A stretch of DNA of 39,499 nt. Source: Verrucomicrobiota bacterium (lineage in GTDB: Bacteria > Verrucomicrobiota > Verrucomicrobiia > Limisphaerales > SXQI01). Where the stretch lies: positions 1 through 39,499 of the forward strand of contig WBXJ01000002.1 of the NCBI GenBank assembly GCA_008933045.1, read 5' to 3'. A program made the position numbers and the translations under genes. Shown here one piece after another: positions 34,604 to 39,499 of the stretch. The notes beneath the pieces were generated by a model. The model did not search any database. It saw only the letters and a list, made by a program, of their open reading frames with translations, and was not told the origin of the DNA. The number at the start of each line of letters is the position of its first letter. The stretch's first letter is position 1.

Positions 34604-35707
34604 ATGTCACTGCCCTTCGCGCTGAATTCTCACCTTCAAACATTAGATGTTTACCAACCTGGCCGACCCATTCAAGAAGTGGCTCGCGAACACGGTCTTG
34701 CTCCCAGCGACGTGATCAAGCTGGCTTCCAACGAAAATCCTCTCGGGCCCTCCCCTAAAGCACTCGCGGCAATGCGTGACGTCCTGGAGAACTTGCATCT
34801 TTATCCCGATGGAAGTGCTTTTTACCTGAAGCAAAAGTTGGCCGAAAAACTTGGACTCGAAACTTCTCAGATCATTCTAGGCAACGGTTCCAACGAGATC
34901 ATCGAATTCGTTGGGCACGCGTTGCTCACTGAGGGTGATGAGGTAGTTGTGTCCCAATATGGCTTTGCAGTCTATCCATTGGTGACTGCTTTGTTTGGGG
35001 CAAGATTAGTGGAAGTTCCCGCTCTCAATTTTGGCCATGATTTACCGGCTATGTTGCGTGCGGTTACTCCAAAAACTCGGGTGATGTTTGTGGCTAATCC
35101 GAATAATCCGACCGGGACAATGGCTCCGCGCGAGGATGTGGTAAATCTTCTCAACCAAATTCCACCGCACGTGCTCCTCGTCATGGATGAGGCATATATC
35201 GAATATCTGAGAGATTCAGTAGACCTACTCCCATTGGTTCGGCAGGGACTCAAACCGAATCTCCTGCTGATGCGAACTTTTTCAAAGGTTTTCGGACTCG
35301 CTGGCCTTCGCCTAGGTTATGGGATCGGGCACCCGGATTTGGTGGCTGCTTTTGAAAAAGTTAGGCAACCGTTTAATATCAATTCGATCGCTCAGGCCGG
35401 CGCATTAGCCGCGCTTGATGATGAGCAACATCTGCAACAAACTCTTGAGAACAATGCGCGAGGTTTGGCTTTTTTTGAGAACGAGTTTTTTCAAATGAAG
35501 CTCTCTTATGTCCCTTCTCACGCCAATTTTATTCTCGTGCGCGTAGGCCCCGGGCAGCAGGTTTTTAACTCGCTACAAAAACTGGGAGTCATCACTCGAC
35601 CGATGGGAGGCTACAGCCTGCCTGAATTCATTCGTATTTCCGTCGGTAACCCTCAAGAAAACGCGCGATGCATGCAAGCTCTACGCGCTGTGATGACGAC
35701 TCTCTAA
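34604..35707 (+). CDS. hisC: Histidinol-phosphate aminotransferase
   Basis: KLASNENPLGPSP, ANPNNPTG, DEAYIEY and TFSKVFGLAGLRLGY (PLP lysine). It starts 1 nt after the preceding stop. Confidence 0.9.
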   Translation: MSLPFALNSHLQTLDVYQPGRPIQEVAREHGLAPSDVIKLASNENPLGPSPKALAAMRDVLENLHLYPDGSAFYLKQKLAEKLGLETSQIILGNGSNEIIEFVGHALLTEGDEVVVSQYGFAVYPLVTALFGARLVEVPALNFGHDLPAMLRAVTPKTRVMFVANPNNPTGTMAPREDVVNLLNQIPPHVLLVMDEAYIEYLRDSVDLLPLVRQGLKPNLLLMRTFSKVFGLAGLRLGYGIGHPDLVAAFEKVRQPFNINSIAQAGALAALDDEQHLQQTLENNARGLAFFENEFFQMKLSYVPSHANFILVRVGPGQQVFNSLQKLGVITRPMGGYSLPEFIRISVGNPQENARCMQALRAVMTTL

Positions 35708-35783
35708 AACTAGCAACCTCTCTTGCCAGATTTGCGGGTTGAGCAGATAATGATACAAGCAATAACAGCTGACCAAGTTTGAC

Positions 35784-37106
35784 GTGAAGCCAACAGATCT
35801 TCGAGGAATCCTACAATACATCCCCCGCTTTCGGGAGAAGACGTTTATTATCAGCGTCGACGGGGAGATTGTCACCAGTGAGAACTTCACTAACATCCTG
35901 CTTGATGTGGCGGTGTTGCGATCGCTGAACATTCGTGTCGTGTTGGTTCATGGAGCTGCGGCTCAGATCAAGCTGCTCGCGGCAGAGTTGGGCACCCAAG
36001 CTTCCAATCTTGATGGAGCAGGCGTGACCACTGCGGACACCTTGCAACTAGCCCTAACGGCAGCAAACCGGCTGACCCACGAGATTTTAGAAGGTCTGGC
36101 TGCAAATGACCTTCGTGCTGTCTCTACCAATGCCATCACCGCGCACCCCCTCGGAATCAAGCAGGGCATCGATCACCTCTTCACAGGTAAGGTGGAGCGG
36201 GTTGATACCGAGATGCTCCTCTCACTTCTCACCCAAGGCATCACCCCTGTGATCCCGCCTTTGGGATTTGACGGCGACGGTCGCACATATCGGGTGAACT
36301 CCGATTCTGTTGCAGTTTCTTTGGCGGATGCGTTGCACGCGAACAAGCTCATTTTCATCACGACTCAGGACGGATTAATCCGCAATGGGCAGTTGATTCA
36401 TCAACTCCTCGTCGCTGACTTGGAGGTCATGCTGAACAACCACCGTTCAGAATTCCCAGCAGAAATGTGGTCCAAAGCGGTGCATGCCGCCGCCGCTTGT
36501 AAACAGGGAGTTCCTAGAGTTCACATCATCAATGGCCGTGTGGATGAAGGGTTGTTGGCAGAAGTTTTTTCCAATGAGGGAATCGGGACGCTCATCTACG
36601 CCAACGAATATGAACAAGTCCGCCGCGCACTAAAGAAAGATGTGCGTAGCATTCTCCAACTCACCCAAGGTTCAGTAGCGACCGAGGAATTGATGAAACG
36701 GACACGCCAAGATGTGCAACAACATCTCGGAGATTATTACTTGTTTGAGATCGATAAGAACCCCGTCGCCTGCGTCGCGCTCCACGTCTATCCTGATTCT
36801 CGTCAGGGAGAATTGGCCTGCTTATTCGTCAAATCTACGCATGAGAATCAGGGCATTGGACGCAAGATGATTCAATTCGTCGAAGGCAAAGCCAAAGAAT
36901 TAGGTTTAGAGGAATTGATCACCCTATCAACCCAAGCCTTTAATTATTTCCAAAGCAAAGGCGGGTTTGTCGAAGGTAAGCCAGATCGACTGCCCCAAGC
37001 TCGCCGCGAAAAATACGAAACCAGCGGAAGAAACTCCAAAGTCCTTTTCAAGCGCGTGGGTGCCGATCCTTCAAAAAGTGCGAACTCCGCCATGTTCGCT
37101 AAGTGA
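35784..37106 (+). CDS. argA: Amino-acid N-acetyltransferase (N-acetylglutamate synthase; AAK plus GNAT domains)
   Basis: GTG start. LQYIPRFREKTFIISVDGE and VVLVHGAAAQI form the amino-acid kinase fold. The C-terminal GNAT has QGIGRKMIQFVEGKAKELG; 440 aa. Confidence 0.85.
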   Translation: MKPTDLRGILQYIPRFREKTFIISVDGEIVTSENFTNILLDVAVLRSLNIRVVLVHGAAAQIKLLAAELGTQASNLDGAGVTTADTLQLALTAANRLTHEILEGLAANDLRAVSTNAITAHPLGIKQGIDHLFTGKVERVDTEMLLSLLTQGITPVIPPLGFDGDGRTYRVNSDSVAVSLADALHANKLIFITTQDGLIRNGQLIHQLLVADLEVMLNNHRSEFPAEMWSKAVHAAAACKQGVPRVHIINGRVDEGLLAEVFSNEGIGTLIYANEYEQVRRALKKDVRSILQLTQGSVATEELMKRTRQDVQQHLGDYYLFEIDKNPVACVALHVYPDSRQGELACLFVKSTHENQGIGRKMIQFVEGKAKELGLEELITLSTQAFNYFQSKGGFVEGKPDRLPQARREKYETSGRNSKVLFKRVGADPSKSANSAMFAK

Positions 37107-37127
37107 CCAACGGCAAATCTCGGAAAC

Positions 37128-38114
37128 TTAGCGGCCTCCGACTGGATCGCTTTTCTTTTCCTTGATGAATGCTTCGAATTTTTCCGCCACCTTTGCTTGA
37201 GCCGTGTCGCCTTCGTGCAGGATAATTCGATAAGTAAATGTAATCGATTCGCCAGCCGAAACTTTGAGGTCACCTGAGCCGGCGGGTTTACCCTCGAAAT
37301 CATGCAACCCAAACGGGTTAGCACCAAAGAGGCCATAATCACGAACGTGCCACCAAGTGGGGTACCTCGGATTTGTCGGATGATCAAACATGGCGGCACC
37401 CACAATGTGACCATCAACAGGTCCATAATAATCGCACCACTTCGCCCGTTTACCCCAAGTCGCTCCATCAAGCACCCCTTCGCTATTACGAATGTGGCCC
37501 TGCGCTACCTTTCCCTTCACGCGCATAGTTTCTGCCAGACGTAGAGACATCATCCCTTCCTTTGTGTCCCCAAAAGTTAGATCACCTTCCGAAGCGCGGA
37601 GAGTTATTTCAAAGTCCAGCATGCGTTCCTCTGTGCCCGTTCGATAAATACGAATTGTTCGCACATCCGAACAAATCTTTTTTCCTTCCAACGTTACCCA
37701 TTGATTTGAGGACTTAATCACACCCACCTTCTTGCCGGACTGAACCGTGATGAAATCCTCATGAATAGTCTTCCCTGCCTTGGAGCCTTCCGACCAAAAA
37801 TCCACGCCATTAATGCTCCCAAAAGCAAACCACAGCGAGCGATGATGAGGATGATCATGCTCCTCATTAGGCATATCCTTCATCGGCCAGTGCCGAGTCA
37901 TGTGCAGTTGCTTTGGCCCCAGCAAAGGATAAAGGTAAGGTCGAGGAGTATTTTTGAAATGATAAGCACTGAACGGGGCACCATCAATGGTGATCCGAAG
38001 TTGTCCTTCCTCCCGTATGATCTCAACACCCTCCTTGTCCTGCGCCAAAATCGGCAAGGTGAACAAGCACAAGGCAACCTTAAAAAACACAATCAATCGT
38101 GGGTTCATCCCCAA
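37128..38114 (-). CDS. DUF6807/PmoA-family protein (secreted, function unknown)
   Basis: Signal peptide MGMNPRLIVFFKVALCLFTLPILA. PRPYLYPLLGP and HDHPHHRSLWFAFGSINGVDFWSE motifs are those I associate with the PmoA-named DUF6807 family common in PVC bacteria. Confidence 0.65.
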   Translation of the reverse strand: MGMNPRLIVFFKVALCLFTLPILAQDKEGVEIIREEGQLRITIDGAPFSAYHFKNTPRPYLYPLLGPKQLHMTRHWPMKDMPNEEHDHPHHRSLWFAFGSINGVDFWSEGSKAGKTIHEDFITVQSGKKVGVIKSSNQWVTLEGKKICSDVRTIRIYRTGTEERMLDFEITLRASEGDLTFGDTKEGMMSLRLAETMRVKGKVAQGHIRNSEGVLDGATWGKRAKWCDYYGPVDGHIVGAAMFDHPTNPRYPTWWHVRDYGLFGANPFGLHDFEGKPAGSGDLKVSAGESITFTYRIILHEGDTAQAKVAEKFEAFIKEKKSDPVGGR

Positions 38115-38692
38115 ACACTAAATGTTTAACCCAGCAGAAAAAAGACAAATCATGATGCTTCAACTTCGCGGGGGCGCAACTCACGTTGTCGAGGTAGGAA
38201 CCTATTTTTGCCACCAACCGCAGCTCGCCCCCTCCTCGTTCTATCCCACTGCCGAAGCTGGGAAAATCACATCAACAAAAACCAAACCAAAAACCACTTA
38301 CACAGATTTCTTTACAAACCCTGTCTCATTTTTAACTCGTTAGAAACGTCCCCTTTTCCATTCTCATTCCCTGTGTTTTTGTTTCTTGTTTCCTTGGTCT
38401 AGTTCTCCCCCCAATCGTCTTCCGTCCTTTCGTTTTTCCAACGCCTGTTCTCCCGCCCCTGTCTGCCTCACGGCACCTCGCTCATCCTTGGGACGTCTGG
38501 GGACTTCGATTTCCTCCAATGCCCCTTCCCTGCCCGCTCAAGGCGATGACGTTGAGCGAAGGGAAACATGCCTTGAAAATCACCTATCAGGGCAAAACAA
38601 GAAATTGGCCAACTCGTTGATCGGAATTGATTATCTGACTTTCCGCCAGACCGATTGAATACGCACACTCCAACTTTCCAGTGTTTCCGTTA

Positions 38693-38721
38693 TTGAAGCA
38701 TTGATCTCAAACCACTATATT
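38693..38721 (+). promoter_or_regulatory. Candidate sigma-70-type promoter for the 38753 ORF
   Basis: TTGAAG (38693-38698), a 17-nt spacer, then TATATT (38716-38721), 32 nt upstream of the ATG. Confidence 0.35.
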
Positions 38722-38752
38722 ATTACCCATCCTTTGGAAGAAATCGAATAAG

Positions 38753-39499
38753 ATGCAAAGACGAACTTTTGTTCGGATCGTCGGACAGGCGTGCACGGCC
38801 GTCGGTTTCGCGCCGGGCACGATCAGCACTGCCGCAGGAGAGAACGTCCAGGTGCCTTCGCTTTCACCGGGCCAGCGTGGATCCGATGCAGCTGAGTCGG
38901 ACTGGGAGACGGTTTCCGCTCAGTTGGATCGTGCCTCATCCACCTATACCGAACCCTGGGACGACGTTAGTTGCAGAACTCTGATGAAGGGCGGTTACTT
39001 GGGCAACGGAGATTTCGGAGTCCATTTGGGGGGAACGAAGCATTCTCTAATATACTATCTGGGGAAGAACGGCTTTCATGCAGGGAACGATGTGGCTGGG
39101 TTTCGGTCCGGCGAGGAGAATGCTCCCGGGCCGTATAAGCAGCACATCCTGAATCTGGCCCGATTGACTATCGAAGCCACATCAGGCGATGGACCGGGGA
39201 CTGCCTACAGCGTCACGCAAGACCTTAAGAGCGCCGAAGTCCGGAGCGACAACACCATGGCTGGTTCGCCTGTTCAGACAAAGGCCTATCTGTCCGCTTC
39301 CCGCAACGTGCTGGTGGTGGAGTTGTCCACGAACGGCGGCGCCGATGTTCCGCTGCACGCAACCCTTTCGGTCATCGGCAACGCCTATGTCAACAAAAAG
39401 GCGGGCACCGTGGGTCTGGTGGCGTGGGTCACCAAGGAACCCCACGCGGACGCCGCGCCATTCCATGTCAAAGGCGCGGTAGCCGCAAAAGTGTTGGGC
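38753..39499 (+). CDS. Tat-signal secreted protein, 3'-truncated by the window edge; possibly a glycoside-hydrolase N-terminal beta-sandwich (GH95-like)
   Basis: This ORF is not in the supplied track because it has no stop in the window. I translated ATG 38753 by hand: MQRRTFVRIVGQACTAVGFAPGTISTAAG...YLGNGDFGVHLGG...LKSAEVRSDNTMAGSPVQTKAYLSASRNVLVVELS... It stays open for 249 codons to nt 39499. The twin-arginine motif is QRRTFV. The function call is weak. Confidence 0.6.
   Translation, partial: MQRRTFVRIVGQACTAVGFAPGTISTAAGENVQVPSLSPGQRGSDAAESDWETVSAQLDRASSTYTEPWDDVSCRTLMKGGYLGNGDFGVHLGGTKHSLIYYLGKNGFHAGNDVAGFRSGEENAPGPYKQHILNLARLTIEATSGDGPGTAYSVTQDLKSAEVRSDNTMAGSPVQTKAYLSASRNVLVVELSTNGGADVPLHATLSVIGNAYVNKKAGTVGLVAWVTKEPHADAAPFHVKGAVAAKVLG

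Noticed and set aside
36944-37471. 175-aa minus-strand ORF bridging the argA 3' end and the DUF6807 gene
   Set aside because: It overlaps the DUF6807 CDS in another frame and runs antisense into argA. The DUF6807 frame carries the recognisable motifs.
38122-38668. Four overlapping track ORFs (60-90 aa) in the long gap, considered as genes
   Set aside because: They overlap one another on both strands. Their translations are low-complexity consequences of the C/T skew, and they have no motifs or convincing starts. I treat the region as noncoding (see the findings).
1-39499. Search for tRNA/rRNA genes, CRISPR repeats, IS elements, integrases, toxin-antitoxin pairs and known defence-system genes
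   Set aside because: I saw no T-loop (GGTTCGAATCC-like) context outside coding frames. There are no regularly spaced direct repeats, no transposase/integrase/recombinase-like ORFs and no terminal inverted repeats. Essentially every stretch over 300 nt is accounted for by a CDS, except 38115-38752.

Overview
This 39.5-kb window is almost entirely coding. I call 29 CDS and recognise no rRNA, tRNA, CRISPR array, transposase or integrase. All calls rest on reading motifs by eye; no searches were run.

The families present (giant CotH/LTD protein, DUF6807/PmoA-like, TIGR03790-like, long-form signal peptidases) suggest a PVC-superphylum bacterium, probably Verrucomicrobiota. That is inference only.

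Genes lie in unidirectional blocks, and many neighbours share ATGA-type start/stop overlaps.
- Start of window: pilD (5'-truncated) and an S8 protease on +. On the minus strand, a fused exonuclease-like/ATP-dependent DNA ligase and cysK. Then araB and a GNAT on +.
- 20584 down to 8653, 12 genes all on the minus strand: lepA, two tandem lepB paralogs, an MFS transporter, yicC, gmk, a stand-alone coaC, a sensor kinase, an NtrC-type sigma-54 activator, a small Arg-rich membrane protein and an HpnD/CrtB-like synthase.
- 20872-29852 on +: the block of most interest. It holds a translationally coupled triad followed by a 1682-aa CotH kinase-like protein with four lamin-tail domains. The triad is an AsnB-like adenylating enzyme lacking the Cys nucleophile, a TIGR01210/RaSEA-like radical SAM enzyme and a flavin-halogenase-like protein. 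I know of no characterised pathway that combines these three.
- Rest of window: an LplA-like ligase, a TIGR03790-like protein, a split and order-swapped pta, hisC, argA and a DUF6807 protein.
- Window end: a 638-nt pyrimidine-skewed noncoding gap. After it comes a much more GC-rich Tat-signal ORF that runs off the window and is absent from the ORF track.

Other oddities:
- degenerate metallo-beta-lactamase motifs in the ligase fusion
- large insertions in PilD and in both LepB paralogs
- a candidate -24/-12 promoter with upstream repeats in front of the triad
- a canonical G-quadruplex motif
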